From contig NC_042998.1 of assembly GCF_006345805.1 (NCBI RefSeq), forward strand, positions 127,596,001 through 127,660,000: DNA of 64,000 nucleotides. The letters are read 5' to 3'. Source of the DNA: Octopus sinensis (lineage: Eukaryota). A program made the position numbers and the translations under genes. This document shows, piece by piece, positions 27,885 through 42,859 of this stretch (position 1 is the first letter of the stretch; each line of letters opens with the position of its first letter). The notes beneath the pieces are model-generated. The model was not told the origin of the DNA. It made no database searches and was given only the letters and a program-made list of their open reading frames with translations.

Positions 27885-29310
27885 TGAGTGTGTGTTAGTG
27901 TTATTATGTTTGTATGTGTGTGTACATACCTAGAGAGAGAAAAGGGAAGAGATGAGGAAGCGAATGACAAAGATAGTAAGACTAAGGATAGTTTATATAT
28001 TTCGTAAATTAAATTATTTTGGTGAGTGGATTCGTGGCTGTGCATAATCAAATTTAGTATCTATATCTGTCAGAAGGATATGTCCACAATTCTGTTCTCA
28101 ATGTATATAAAACAAGAAATTTTAAAGTAAACCTTAGGAGAATTTTATAGAAGGTGGTTAACCCTCAAGCGTTCATACTATTTTGCTAACATATATATAT
28201 CAGTCAACTATTAAATGCTCTGCCTCAAACCACACTCTAGCGTATGAGAAACGACATAATCGATAATTTATCCCTCGTTTCTGGTATTTCAGAAAAATAA
28301 TAGAAATAGGGACGGTCAGAGTTGCGTTGCCTTTATCCATTAGCCTATCTTGTTCAATGCTGATATGAAGTTAAATAACAACCATTTCAAAATCAGCTAT
28401 TCGAGTATTCTCATTTGATCTTAACCTTTCTACACGATAAAAATTTGTTTTCCTATTCAATAAATAGTCTACTGTTTATTTACATTTCTTGTCATGTTAA
28501 AATATTTCATTTATAACATTTAGCCTAGATATATCTCACTCAAGAAACACCTGGTAATTCTGAAAACCTAGGCCCATGATCTATCGCTCCAAATTATTTA
28601 TAGACAGTCATATTTGTTTCCGTAAAAATAGTATACAGGAAAACAAAAAATTCAACCCATTAAATGTGTCGATAAGATCCTGTAAAAAGGTATAAGTATA
28701 CGAATATCAGTCTAAAAGCTTTGAAATGAAAACATGAAGCGACTCCATAAATTTGTATCTTCAATAAATCCTGAAAACATTGCTTGTAATTCTCTAATAG
28801 AATTACAACGTCAATATATATAGCTGTTATATTTTTTTAATGCATAATTCTTGTATATTTTATTTTGTACTTACTATTTATTTATAAACTTTGAATTTTA
28901 GGATGTTTAAAATATGCTTAATATTTTGAAATTTCTTATACAAGTGTCTCGATGCTGCTTTTCAATTTCTTTGGTTCTGATAGAAAACATAATGCTTCTC
29001 TGTATGTTACTAGAATTTTTCAAATACAAACATTACGTATAAACCTCGTAACATTTATAAATAGAATCGAAATTTGATTGAAGCTATCGTTTCTAGTGTT
29101 GCTTAGATGAGACACCTATTAGATTCTAAAGGAAAGAGAAAAAAAATTAATATTCAGTTCAGCATTCATATATTTTTAGTATTAAGAACAGTTGAGATGA
29201 ACAACGAAATTAGTAAATTTTTCCTTTTAGATGTGTTTGCTGTGTTTTTATGAGGCTACCACGAATATATCATGACCACAAAGACATGAGGATGTATATT
29301 ATTGTTTTCG

Positions 29311-29341
<31 letters not shown>

Positions 29342-29569
29342 CATAATTAATCAATATAGGGTGGCAAAAAATTTTGTAGAATTTTTTTGCCACCAGCGGC
29401 CTAGTGGGAAAAAATTAAATAGTCATAGACCATTTTTAAGTTCAACATCACAATCAAGGAACGGCCATAATAGGCCATTCACCAACTAGAAATAACAACC
29501 AAAAGCTTCAACCGCAAAATAACATCAATTCCGTAAACCAGGAGAAAATTAAAAAACATTTACCCTGTA

Positions 29570-29676
29570 ATTTCTTATACGATGCACCGTTTCATCTACT
29601 GTTTAATGGTAAACTAACCTGATTAAATTAAATCAAGCCAATCTTCCATAGGCCCTTAGAATCATCAGTAAGAAAT
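29570..29676 (-). ncRNA. Type I hammerhead ribozyme fold, unit 1
   Basis: AUUUCUUA-CUGAUGA-U-UCUA..58 nt..UAGA-U-GAAAC-GGUGCAUC-GUA/UAAGAAAU; 8-bp stem I; predicted cut after GUA at 29578. Confidence 0.75.
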
Positions 29677-30056
29677 AGCCAAGTCGGAACAGATATTTTC
29701 ACGAGGCATTTCCGTCACTGCCTCGGCAATATCTGACCTAAAATTTTCAAATCATCGCACTCGCGCCAAATTTATCGGCAGCAAATAAATATAAGCCGCC
29801 GATTCCATTACGGAATTAACCAGAAAATTCATAATTAATCAATATAGGGTGGCAAAAAATTTTGTAGAATTTTTTGCCACCAGCGGCCTAGTGGGAAAAA
29901 ATTAAATAGTCATAGACCATTTTTAAGTTCAACATCACAATCAAGGAACGGCCATAATAGGCCATTCACCCACTAGAAATAACAGCCAAAAGCTTCAACC
30001 GCAAAATAACATCAATTCCGTAAACCAGGAGAAAATTAAAAAACATTTACCCTGTA

Positions 30057-30163
30057 ATTTCTTATACGATGCACCGTTTCATCTACTGTTTAATGGTAAA
30101 CTAACCTGATTAAATTAAATCAAGCCAATCTTCCATAGGCCCTTAGAATCATCAGTAAGAAAT
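30057..30163 (-). ncRNA. Type I hammerhead ribozyme fold, unit 2
   Basis: Identical motif 487 bp from the unit 1 copy; predicted cut after 30065. Confidence 0.75.
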
Positions 30164-30776
30164 AGCCAAGTCGGAACAGATATTTTCACGAGGCATTTCC
30201 GTCACTGCCTCGGCAATATCTGACCTAAAATTTTCAAATCATCGCACTCGCGCCAAATTTATCGGCAGCAAATAAATATAAGCCGCCGATTCCATTACGG
30301 AATTAACCAGAAAATTCATAATTAATCAATATAGGGTGGCAAAAAATTTTGTAGAATTTTTTTGCCACCAGCGGCCTAGTGGGAAAAAATTAAATAGTCA
30401 TAGACCATTTTTAAGTTCAACATCACAATCAAGGAACGGCCATAATAGGCCATTCACCCACTAGAAATAACAGCCAAAAGCTTCAACCGCAAAATAACAT
30501 CAATTCCGTGATTGTGATGTTGAACTTAAAAATGGTCTATGACTATTTAATTTTTTCCCACTAGGCCGCTGGTGGCAAAAAAATTCTACAAAATTTTTTG
30601 CCACCCTATATTGATTAATTATGAATTTTCTGGTTAATTCCGTAATGGAATCGGCGGCTTATATTTATTTGCTGCCGATAAATTTGGCGCGAGTGCGATG
30701 ATTTGAAAATTTTAGGTCAGATATTGCCGAGGCAGTGACGGAAATGCCTCGTGAAAATATCTGTTCCGACTTGGCT

Positions 30777-30883
30777 ATTTCTTACTGATGATTCTAAGGG
30801 CCTATGGAAGATTGGCTTGATTTAATTTAATCAGGTTAGTTTACCATTAAACAGTAGATGAAACGGTGCATCGTATAAGAAAT
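30777..30883 (+). ncRNA. Type I hammerhead ribozyme fold, inverted arm
   Basis: atttctta CTGATGA t tcta ... taga t GAAAC ggtgcatc GTA taagaaat read directly on the + strand. Confidence 0.75.
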
Positions 30884-31001
30884 TACAGGGTAAATGTTTT
30901 TTAATTTTCTCCTGGTTTACGGAATTGATGTTATTTTGCGGTTGAAGCTTTTGGCTGTTATTTCTAGTGGGTGAATGGCCTATTATGGCCGTTCCTTGAT
31001 T

Positions 31002-31055
<54 letters not shown>

Positions 31056-31924
31056 AGTCTTGTCACTTGTAAACGTGGACAAACTCTTATATCACGAACT
31101 GCATAGAAATTCGGTTGATTGACGAAACAGAGAGAAAAATGGTGAGAAGATAGAGAAAGATAAGCATGGTACGTAGGCAGGTAAGATAGATAATGGCTAG
31201 GTATGTATATTGCGATGTATGTAATGTATAGATGATTGCTGCCTCAAATACTTATGTAGGTAGGTTGATAAAAGATACATAGATATATAAGTAGGTAGAT
31301 AAATAAAGAGGTAAATAGATAGAAAGACAGACAGACGAACAGAAAAACGGACAGACAGACCGACAACAGAGAGGTGGACAGATAGATAGAAGATATGTAG
31401 GTAGAGAGAGAGAGAGAGAGAGAGCGGCAGTGAGGAATCGTTTGAGAGAAGTTTTATAGTGCTGCGTATTGATACATTTGAATGTGTGAACATATGAAAT
31501 ATGCAAATAGTGACCTGTAAGTGAAGAATAGATACGAAAGGAAGATTAGAAACTCAATAGAAAATGATATGATAAAGGAAAAATATAGTGATAATGATGC
31601 TGCGGATATTTATGAAGATAATGGAAGTGCTAAACATCTGCATCTTGGTTATTCGACTACATAATATATTATTATTACATATGACTTCTGGTATTTCTAT
31701 TGTTAATAACACTGAGAGTTTCTTAAACTTCGTTGTGTTCGTTGAGGCAAATGTAATGTGATGTATATTTTATGCATTCTCAAGATAAATGTTGGTACAA
31801 ATAAATCACATAAGTTTAAGAGAAACTAGTAACCGGTATGCTGACATACACACAAACACACACATATATATTCTGGCATATATATATATATATATATACA
31901 TAAATATGCTAGCATATATATATA

Positions 31925-31970
<46 letters not shown>

Positions 31971-31998
31971 GTATATATGTATGTATGTCTGTATATGC

Positions 31999-32030
<32 letters not shown>

Positions 32031-32089
32031 ACATATATATGCATATTGATGCACGTACGAAAATACGCACACACGTAATCATATATACG

Positions 32090-32121
<32 letters not shown>

Positions 32122-32663
32122 GAGACAAACATACAGAGTGATAGAAAGAGAGGGATGAGTGTTGGGCCAGAGAGAGAGATATGTATGCGTATGTCTGTTT
32201 GTGACAAAAACGTTGTTGTCCTGATGTTACACTGTCTCTAAAGATTATTACAAGTGCAAATAAAGATAAATAGATTCAACCCCAGTGTTTAAAAGTAGAT
32301 CCTAGACAAGACTACGTATATCTGAGTTTATGGGTTTCCGCGATAGGTTCTTTCAAGCATGATTAACTCATGTCACATGAAAAGGCTTCACAAAAGAATC
32401 TGGATATGACAATGAGCTTATATTCCATAGATTTTCAAGATTTCTGGAGAAGCAGATTACATGGTATTTATGTTTTTCCCGAAGAGCAATAACAGCGTAA
32501 TCTTGACTGAGAATAGAAAGCATTGCAGACTACGTTTTCTGAGAGCTAATTATTCTTTTTCAAAGACACAGGACGAACCTACCTACATGTTTAGCTCCCA
32601 CATATCACATTTATTTCTGGCAAGATTAACAAACACACGTGTCATTGTCAGTTTCAATATTCG

Positions 32664-32701
<38 letters not shown>

Positions 32702-33005
32702 ATATATATGTATTATTTTTGTTGTACACAAACCTTTTTTATTGTCAGACATTTCAGGTCAATTTTGTCTGACATATTTAGTCAGGACGTGCACTCTTCT
32801 CACTCTCGCTGAGTCAGAAACACAGTAAACGAGTCAGTGCCTCATTGGGAACGTTATTTGTTCACCAAAAGCGTTATAATATAAATGAATAAAAATACTG
32901 GAAATAATATGCATTATCTTACAAATTAATTATCGGACATATTTTTTTACGGCACTATTATTGTATTTTTAGGAGAATATACATAAAATATACAATATCA
33001 CAATA

Positions 33006-33039
<34 letters not shown>

Positions 33040-35462
33040 TCTCTCTCTCTCTCTCTCTCTCTCTCCGTATAAGACAGAGAAGCGGATTACTGATTTTCAA
33101 CGATCGAACCTGAGCCAGCATTGGAGCCTCTACTCTACACAGTTGTTCGACTTGCTAGTATTAGCAGCCAACCAGCTTGAACGTCTTTGATAAAATAAGT
33201 CAGCGATAAGAGTTTCACAACTCAATTTTTCCATAATCTATGCCAAGATGTTTGGACAAGAATATGCAACACTAGAACTTTTATGCCGCCACTCAAACTC
33301 CTTGAAATGTTAGCCAAATCACCCTCAAATCATAACGTATCGTTTTAATGGATGGAAGATTACACTTAAAAATTAATTCCTTTACACATTTTTTATAAAT
33401 AGAAGTCATATGTGCAATCGGTCAGGGCTGACTTAGGTTTAAATAGCAACAGTGGTTTTCTCTTAAAAATAATGATGCTGAAATTGTTTTTATTTATGTC
33501 AGAGAAACATTTTATGTTGTAGTTTACTTTTTGTTGAACCCTACATAAAATTTGGTCCATAAAATATCATCAAAAACGTTTCATAATGCATATATGACTA
33601 CATTATCCAAAGTAACATTTCTTTAATGTAGCAGGGTATTTTTAACAATTATTGTTTGCAAGCATAGGAATACGTAGAGGTACGCCTTTCCTGTTTTATT
33701 TATCACTCTTTTACTCGAAATACTTAGCAGAAAGTATCTTGTGAAAAAATTATGGGCTTTGGTTTAATCTTTTACTGTACGGTACCTCCACAAATTTTAA
33801 ATTCCGTATGCAATGTGTCAAGGAAAAGTTAATCTGACACAGTATTTCCCATTTCCTGGTTACTGACAACGACTACAATAAGGAGATACGAGGACTTAAG
33901 TGGAGAGGAGTCAATAAACCGGAAATGAAAACTGATACGAAATGCTGGTTTTCCGCTGGTATCCATTAATGTACAGCACTCAAATACTATTTAAATAACA
34001 TCCTACAGTTTACCTTGCTTTACAGAAATACTTGAGATCTAATACCGTCTATGTCTTGGACTTTCATCGAAGCAACAGGAACTATATGTAATGCATTAAT
34101 TACATAACCTTATTTGAGTTTAGTTGAGCTGAGCTTATCGTTTTGGCATTTAGCTTGCCTTATAGTTTTCCTTTTGATCAAGTACTATAGAGTTGAAGTT
34201 ATTATGCTTAGCTAGACTGCAATTAGCTGCTCGGTAAATTAAACCTGGAGCTCAAGAAAGCGACTTAACTATAACAATTATTAACGTCTTCCTATACGAT
34301 TATAAAATCTTCAGTTGACTGGAGATCATTTATCTGCTTCATGTGGTTTTGATATCTGTTTATTTACGAACTGACTTTTTTTTCTACTATGGATGGTTTC
34401 GTTTACTTTCTGCTTCAGTATTGCATTCAGGAAACTTAATTAGCTTGAAGGAGAAACATTGAGTGCAAAATTAAACATTCATAATTAAAGATGGTTATCT
34501 CTTCCTCCTCTGTTTCTCTTATCATATATTAGTGCGTATGCACGCGAGTCTGTGTGTGTGTTTGAGTATGTGTGTGTTTGGATGTGTGTGCGTATAACTA
34601 TATCTTCTTTCAAGAGTTTATATTTGCTCTCTTTTTCAATTTCATTCTCAATTAATGTCTTCTATTTTCTTCAATACAATCTACCTCTATTCAACTCGTA
34701 TTTCACTCATTCTCTTCATTACTAACGTACACAACCAAACTCGTCTTCTCCTCCTCTCCCGCTATATATTTTCTCTCATCTATTTTCTCTTTCACTCTCA
34801 TTACTGTTTTCTATTTCGGTATAAATATTTTTTTCCTAAACTCCTTATTTCAACAATTTCTTCTGTCTAAGCCTGTACATATATTTTCTCTAACTTTACC
34901 TGTTTCTACACCAAGCTATTTTACCGCTAAATCTCAACATTCCTCTTAACTTCAATGTACCTATTTTTCCCTACATCTAATTGTTTTTGTTTTTATATTT
35001 AACAAGCTTGGGCTCATTTTCTCATTATAATTTCCTACTTTATTTTCATGCTTTTCACTCTCCTGTCATTCTTACTCTTCCATAGTCAGTTTCTTATATT
35101 ACCTATTCCATCTAAATTACCCTTTCTCAACATTCGCCATCTTTTTTCTCTCTCTCTTCCTTTAATCTTTCTATTCTTTCTCTCTCTCCCTCCCTCTCTC
35201 TCTCTCTCTTTCTCTCTCTCTCTTCTCTCTCTCTCCCTCCCTCTCTCTTTCTCTCTCTCCTCCCCCCTCTCTCTCTTTCTCTCTCTCTATCTATCAATCT
35301 ATCTATCTATCTTTCTATCAATCCATCTATTCAACTATCGCTGCTTATTTCTTTAGTTTTTCACTTTTCATTTCATACTTTACCCTGGATACTTATTAAC
35401 TGTCAATTTTACCACCCTTATTTTTCCATGTACATTGTATAAACATGTAGGTATGTATGTGT

Positions 35463-35511
<49 letters not shown>

Positions 35512-35822
35512 GTGTGTCTGCGTGTGTATGTATGTATATATGTATACACATATATGAATTCACACAACACACACACACACATATATATATATATGTATGT
35601 TTGTATCTACACACGAATGTGGGTGCAGGATCAAAGACATGTTTAAGAGGCTAGTAAGCATTAATACACTCATATGCATGATATACACGCACGGATGCGC
35701 ACACACAAACAGAAATACACTTGTAAGTGTATACATATATTAACATCTCGTACTTGGTTTTGGTATCTAAGTATATATGTGAGACGTAAATAAACAGGCA
35801 CATACATATATATGTATATATA

Positions 35823-35895
<73 letters not shown>

Positions 35896-35907
35896 ATGCA
35901 TATATAC

Positions 35908-35942
<35 letters not shown>

Positions 35943-37112
35943 TATACATACATATATATACATAAATACATATATATGTATACATAAATATATATATATG
36001 AATATATATATATATATATATATATACATACATACATACATGCACACACACACACACACACAAAATATGGCTCTCTCATCAGGCATCTCACTGCTTCTCT
36101 CTCAGTACGCAGCTAATTTTTTTCCCTTCTTCAATCTCTTCGCGACTGGCTTTTTTCTCTCATTCCACCCACTCTTTCGCGCTGAGTCTCTCTTTCTCTC
36201 CCTCTCTATCTGTCTGTCTGTCTCCCTATCTCTCTCTCTCTCTCTGTCTCTCTCTCTGTCTCTCTCTCTCTCTTTCTCAGAGCTTACATTAATCCTTTAG
36301 CTAGATAACTAGATAGGAAAGAAGTTAATTTGCGAATGTTCGGCGTAGTTTTAATACGAAAGATGATTAGTAGATTATGACAAAAAGTAGTAAACACTCA
36401 TATTAACAAACACACCAAAAATCAAACAAAAATAAAAGTGAATAATTTTTACTATGGAAACACACGCTGACTTGTTTGTTAATTTCCCCAGCAACCAGTC
36501 ATAATTTTTGTCATTAAATGCTTCTTGGATAACGCAGATGGACAGCCAAATCCATATTATGTTTAATACTACGGTTGCTGTTCTTGTTCTTACTTTAGTT
36601 TGTCTACTCTCCCTTATTATATACATATTTCCCCCATAGCTCTAATTAATTTCATAACTACAAGCAAACGAAACACGAATTACACACTGCTCCGTATGCG
36701 CACAACTTTCAAAACCACTTTCTCGGAGTATCTATTTTATAAGAACTAATAACAAAGGAAAAAATTATTACAAATATTTGCCATTTTGCGAACACCTGTC
36801 GGTTTCATGATATTGAGAGACACTGTTTTTATTCGAGCTGTTGTCATTATTGATATTTCATTTGTTATTGTTGGTGATGGTCTATTGTTGTTATTCGTAA
36901 ACATGATGGTAACGATTTTAAAAGTGTATTCTATGGAGAGGATTTATTCTATTGAGCAGGACCAAGAAGAATTTTTTTTCTCATCGACTCCATGATAAAT
37001 TGAACTCTTCATATTCTCTTGAATTTAGAACCCATTAGAAACCTTGTTTGCAACCTTCTGCTTCAAACTCATGGACAGAACTCCACTCTTATTAAATACA
37101 CAACAATCATTA

Positions 37113-37395
<283 letters not shown>

Positions 37396-38951
37396 AAGAC
37401 TGTTATACAAAGGGAAATTACTGTGTTATAGTCCGCTACTTATATAAACGCGCTAATTCAATGACCGATAATTAAAATAAGGTTAAATGTTCATAGTAAA
37501 CACGTAAACATGCCTGCTCATACGCACACATGTGCGCTCGCGCACACACGTGCGTACGTATACATCACTATGAAAACGTACACATCTTCACTCGCATTTT
37601 TCGCCAAATGTATATGCACATATATAAAAACTCATACACACACACGCACACCGTAAAAGTTCATACATACGTCTACATACGCACAAACACAAGAAAAGAC
37701 ATGGTTAAGAGTAACAATACAGAAAAAAAAGCATAAGGAAGTATACAAAGAGTAAACCACGTTCATATAAATACATACCCTTATGCACGCACACACACAC
37801 AAACACACCCATATATGCACATGTCTATATACGCGTACACACACACGCATGCACAAAAAAGGATTATACATACCCCCCCCAAAAAAAAACCGGAAAAATT
37901 GTAAAAATACTGAGTAAAAACGTCTATATATGTATGTATTCTTATACCCGCACACACGCACACATCTATATACATACATACCCGCTCACTCGTACATATC
38001 CACACACGCGTACATATATATATATACATATACAGAAATTTGTCCGTAGTAGAAGAAAAATAAATATTGCCTTTTTTGAAAGAGAATAATATATGTTATT
38101 CTTTATGTTGAACAGAAGTTCAAGCTTATTCCAAGATTTTTCTACATTATGCTGTAGAGCTAGGGCTTCTGGTTAACAAATGATCAAATATAAGATTGTG
38201 CAAGGTTTATGTATATTTGGAGAATTGATTAGAAACAGAATGCAAAATTTCACTGAACGTCAATCTTCTCACATTATACCTCTTCGTTATACCACTTGTA
38301 CGATTGTGGTCGCCAGTGACACACAATTCATTACAAGTGATATTAGTTTCATTATTAATGGCGTAAGTAAAGTGAAGTATTTGCAACAGGTAATCTGGAC
38401 GTGCTATGTAAATATAACTAGAAATTATTTATTACTCTAAAGAGTACAATAACCGTCAATATCTTGACGAAATAATGACAAAGGTAGCTGGGAGAGTGGA
38501 TATGAGACTAGATTACGTACCCGTTAGTCATTGTTTCGAATACGATGCTTGCTTTCTTTAAAATTGACACCGGATCAATCTTGGAGGACTTACTTCGAAT
38601 GCAGAATCCATGTCTAACCTATAGCTGGTTTGTCATGACTCCGATTTCTGGCACTGATAACGGGAATGCGTGTATTGTTTGTGGGTACATAAGTTCATTC
38701 CTTTTTAAAATAAAGCATAATGGATTGATACCCATAAACAAGTGGAAAGCTTTCTCGAGTACTATTTCTCAGGAAGTCAAATGTATATTTTAATAGCAAA
38801 TGGCATGAACAAAATCAAAACAAAATAAATTTTGTACAAAGCAATTATATGCGGTAACGTAAATTTTAAAACTAATGTTCTTTAAGTTTTATGGAGGTTA
38901 AACGTTCAATTGTGGTTAGCTTAATTAGAATGTTACCCTCCATAAATTTTA

Positions 38952-40166
38952 TGAGAGTAGGCTGAAAATTTCATAGGCTAACTATGAAGGAGCGATGCTA
39001 GAGCTGTTAAATATTGCAGCCATTAATTTCATCTCTTCTATCTATAACTGCTTTGTTTATTTCCAAGTTAACTGATGACTGACAGCTCAACCAGTAGCAA
39101 ATTCTCCTGAAAATTTGGCATTGTCGTATTATCAAGTACCTACAGAAAATGGCTTAGCTTCAAGGACATTTATGCTGATATGGTTGCGACATTAAGGGAA
39201 GACACTCCAACTTTATCGAAAATGAAAACTTAGTACCGGGATTTAGGAGAGTAAGGGGGAGTCTTGAAGATGGCCCAGGTTCTGGGCGTCCTACAACTGC
39301 CACTACCGAGAAAAACACCGATAATGTCAACCACCTATGGATGAATGACAGGTGAGTGATTAAAATCAAATAGCGAATGCTATTAGTATATCCTATGAGA
39401 AAGTTGAGAATACTTTGCAATGAACTTTGCGTAACGAAGTTTTATGCTCGGTGGGTGACACGTTTCTGATGCTTGATCAAAGCACACCAGCCTGATCAAA
39501 TCACGAGAAAATCTGACATGAGCTGAGGCAGATCCAACGGGTTTCCTTGAATGTTTCCTAACTCGGGATGAGTGTTGGGTTCATCACTTTGAGTTAGAGA
39601 CAAAGAAACAATCCATGAAGTGGAAACCTACCTCCTCATCTGCTCCAAAGAAGACCAAGGTCGTGCTGGCATCAGATTTTTAGGATGCAAAAGATGCTAT
39701 ATTTATTGACCACCTTGCAAATGGCCACGCTTTCAATGGAGTGTACTATGCCAACTTGCTGAGGCGGTCACGAAAGACTATCAGGACCAAAAGCCTAGGA
39801 AAACTGATGAAAGGAGTCGTGTTTCCTCAAGACATTGCTCCAACACACGAGTCTTTGGTTTCAATGTCTACTGTGCATGACTGTGGTTTTGAACTGGTTG
39901 ATCACTCTCCCTATTATTTTGATCTGGCCATATCTGTTATTCGTTGCCCAACATTATTAAACACTCGGCTGAGAGCCAGTATCGCAATGACGACGTCATA
40001 TCTGCTGTTGATGACATTTTTTGACCAGCAGTACGAAAGATTCTTCACCGATCGGATAGAAGCTGTGCAACACTGATGGAAGAAGTATGTGGACTGCCAA
40101 AAATGACTCTATTGAAAAATAAAGCAACTTCACATGGTTACATTTCATGAGAGTGTCTTGGTCAGC
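38952..40166 (+). mobile_element. Mariner (DD34D-type) transposon fossil
   Basis: Frameshifted translation LTRDECWVHHFE.ETKKQSMKW, APKK.K, VFPQDIAPTH, DHSPYYFDLA; TIR-like atgagagtaggctgaaaatttcataggctaac on the left; right TIR truncated. Confidence 0.88.
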
Positions 40167-41159
40167 ACATCATTAGCGACGGCCAAGGTTATATTTAAAT
40201 TAGTCAGGCGCTCCTCTTTAGTGGCTTTCTAGATAAAATATATTTAGTTTCAACGTTTCAAGACAAGGAAATATCTTCTAGTTTAATCCAATTTTCAGCT
40301 TAAATATAAAGCCCAACATCGCAAGAAGATTCTTTAATTTAATATCATTTTTTCACATCGCAGCGAGACATATTAAAAATGTTTACATCAATTAAGCTTA
40401 ATTTAAGAAATCGGCTTCTATTGATCTAATTCAAAGAGACAATTCAACGTAAACGGTAATGTTTCATTACCTACACGTAATAGTAACTTTTCTCCTTAAA
40501 GAAAAGAAAATTAAAGGTATAGTGTACCATGTGAAAGTACCAAAGTTCTTTTGAAAAACTCAAAGAATAGGGGAAGAATATATTTCAAGGTGCGCTTTAC
40601 CATCGTGTTGAATCCTTTATATACATGCTCGTGTGTTCCACGAGTTTAAGTATTTACATATAGCTTAAATAATTTTGTCGTCTTTTAAAACACAAGGGTT
40701 TTTGGAACAAAATATTCTATGGAAACATGGTTCCCACCACTCTGTTTTAAAGTATGCAAGGACATCTGCCATGGAATAAAAAATCTGAATTTCTGCATTA
40801 GTATGAACAAATATTGAAATACTGTATAACAACTTACCCCATTATGTGTGAAATCTTCGGAACTAATGCTTCGAAATATCTTATATTTAGTCACCATTTA
40901 CCGCTTAATCACGAACTCCCGGAACTGGAGAATCCTATGCAATTTGCACATGATGATTTTAACTATACTTACCTAAATCTTCAAGGATGTCTCTAATTTT
41001 CCATAGCTATTTTCATAATTTCTTCCTCCTTCGTTGTTCGTTATTCTTCCCTTCTCTTGCTCTTCTTGCATTCTTTTTTCATTCTGCAGTCTTTCTCTCT
41101 CCTACTCTCTCCCCCTCTCTCTCGCTCCTCTCTCTCTCTCCCTCCTATTTCTCACTCTC

Positions 41160-41211
<52 letters not shown>

Positions 41212-42859
41212 ACATCTGCTCATATAATTTTATTTCCTTTTTCCTCGGAAAGTGTTTCAACTGCTTTTCTTCTTCCTCTGTCTTAAATGTTACCGTTACA
41301 CTTTACTTAATATTCTGCACTGATGTTTGCACACACACACACAAACACACACATACACACACATACACACACACACACTCACTCACACACGCACTCACAC
41401 ACAACCACACTTACACACAAACACACACGCAGACACTCACGCAAACTGCTCGTACACTTATGTATATATAAATATATGCGTAATAGACTATAATGCAAAA
41501 TTTTCTTTTCTGTTTTGAAATCATGAGATAATTTCTACCATTCCAAATTCACTTTTAATGTTCGGTATCTATTATATTTAAAGATATTCCTAATATTATA
41601 TTTTCTATTAACGTCCACAAATTGAACACGAGAAACATTGAGTAATGATTTGTGAACTTTCAGGTTCCAATAGAATATATTTTATTTTACTTTTACTATT
41701 CAGCCATTTGTACGCATTTGTGTCCCCATGTGTTAGTGTGTGTGCGTTAGTGTGTATATGTGTGCACGCGCGTGTGCGTGTGTGAGTCAGAGTGTGCGCG
41801 CATGTGTGAACTCATGTGTATGCTTGTGTGAGTGCGTGTATATGTATATGTATAAATGTATGCATTGAAAATGTGTACATGCATGTATGTACGTATGTAC
41901 ATATATATATTACAGTTCTTGACTTTATTTTGGGAAAATAAATCGTATTTTCTATGATGTTACATTGAAACTTAAACACGAGATTAGTGTTTCAGATCTA
42001 TTTTTGTATAAAAATTTGAAAATGAATAGAGGAGGTAAATGCAGAGAGATAATAATATAACAATATCAACTCACAATTACCTGGCTTAAAAAAACACAAA
42101 AAAATATAAAGGCCTCAAAAAAGCAATAATGTTCTAGGCATGAAATAATTCGGCTTCAAAAAGCGTGTGAAACAATTATATGCACGAAACCAATTCTTTA
42201 TTTTCGTGTGGTTTTCTACATAATGTGTTTGCAGATGAAAAACTTTTGCAGTTATTGCCGTCTTGTAAAATAGATATAGAAAGATGCCTATGTGAACTGT
42301 TCGCGTCTAAAAATTGTTGAAAATTTTCCAGTTGCCTCTTTTACAAATGTTGTCTATATTTACACACACAGAGATATATTCACCTGCTAGTGTTTGTTTT
42401 CCTTTTGGTTTAGGCTAATGTCAGCCAAAAATTAGGAAATGAATGATCAAAAGTGACCAGCTCGTCTTCTCCGTTGTGCTCAGGATTGTGTGTTTAATAC
42501 TACAACAATATATCTTCTTTCGAACAGCAGAATTTTATCCAAGTTATATCTTCGGATATGGCAATAATCGGACGAGGTCGTAAAGAGTAACTGTGTACCA
42601 CCCGGTAATAGCTCAGGCTCAAATAACGTGGATGCTTCAAGAAAGAACGGGAAAAAATACGAGTAGTACGTTAAGAAACATACTAAGGGAAAGGCCAATA
42701 ATTCCATTCATGGAATTTGGATTTTTTCCTTTTACTTCGTCACGTGAAGGATATTGACATGTTGAGTGTTTAACGTTTAAGGTATTATCATTTAAAAATC
42801 TGTGTATAATATGAGTAGTGGAATGGGTATCGGTTAAAGTACGTTAAGCGGAGTATGTA

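Larger units (their letters stand above)
29341..31006. mobile_element. Retrozyme-like array: 2.4 tandem 487-488 bp units plus a 497-bp inverted copy, inside (TA)n
   Basis: Unit starts at 29341, 29829 and 30316; 30510-31006 is the reverse complement of 29934-30430; one hammerhead per full unit; no long ORF. The repeat structure is certain, the retrozyme label is inference. Confidence 0.7.
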
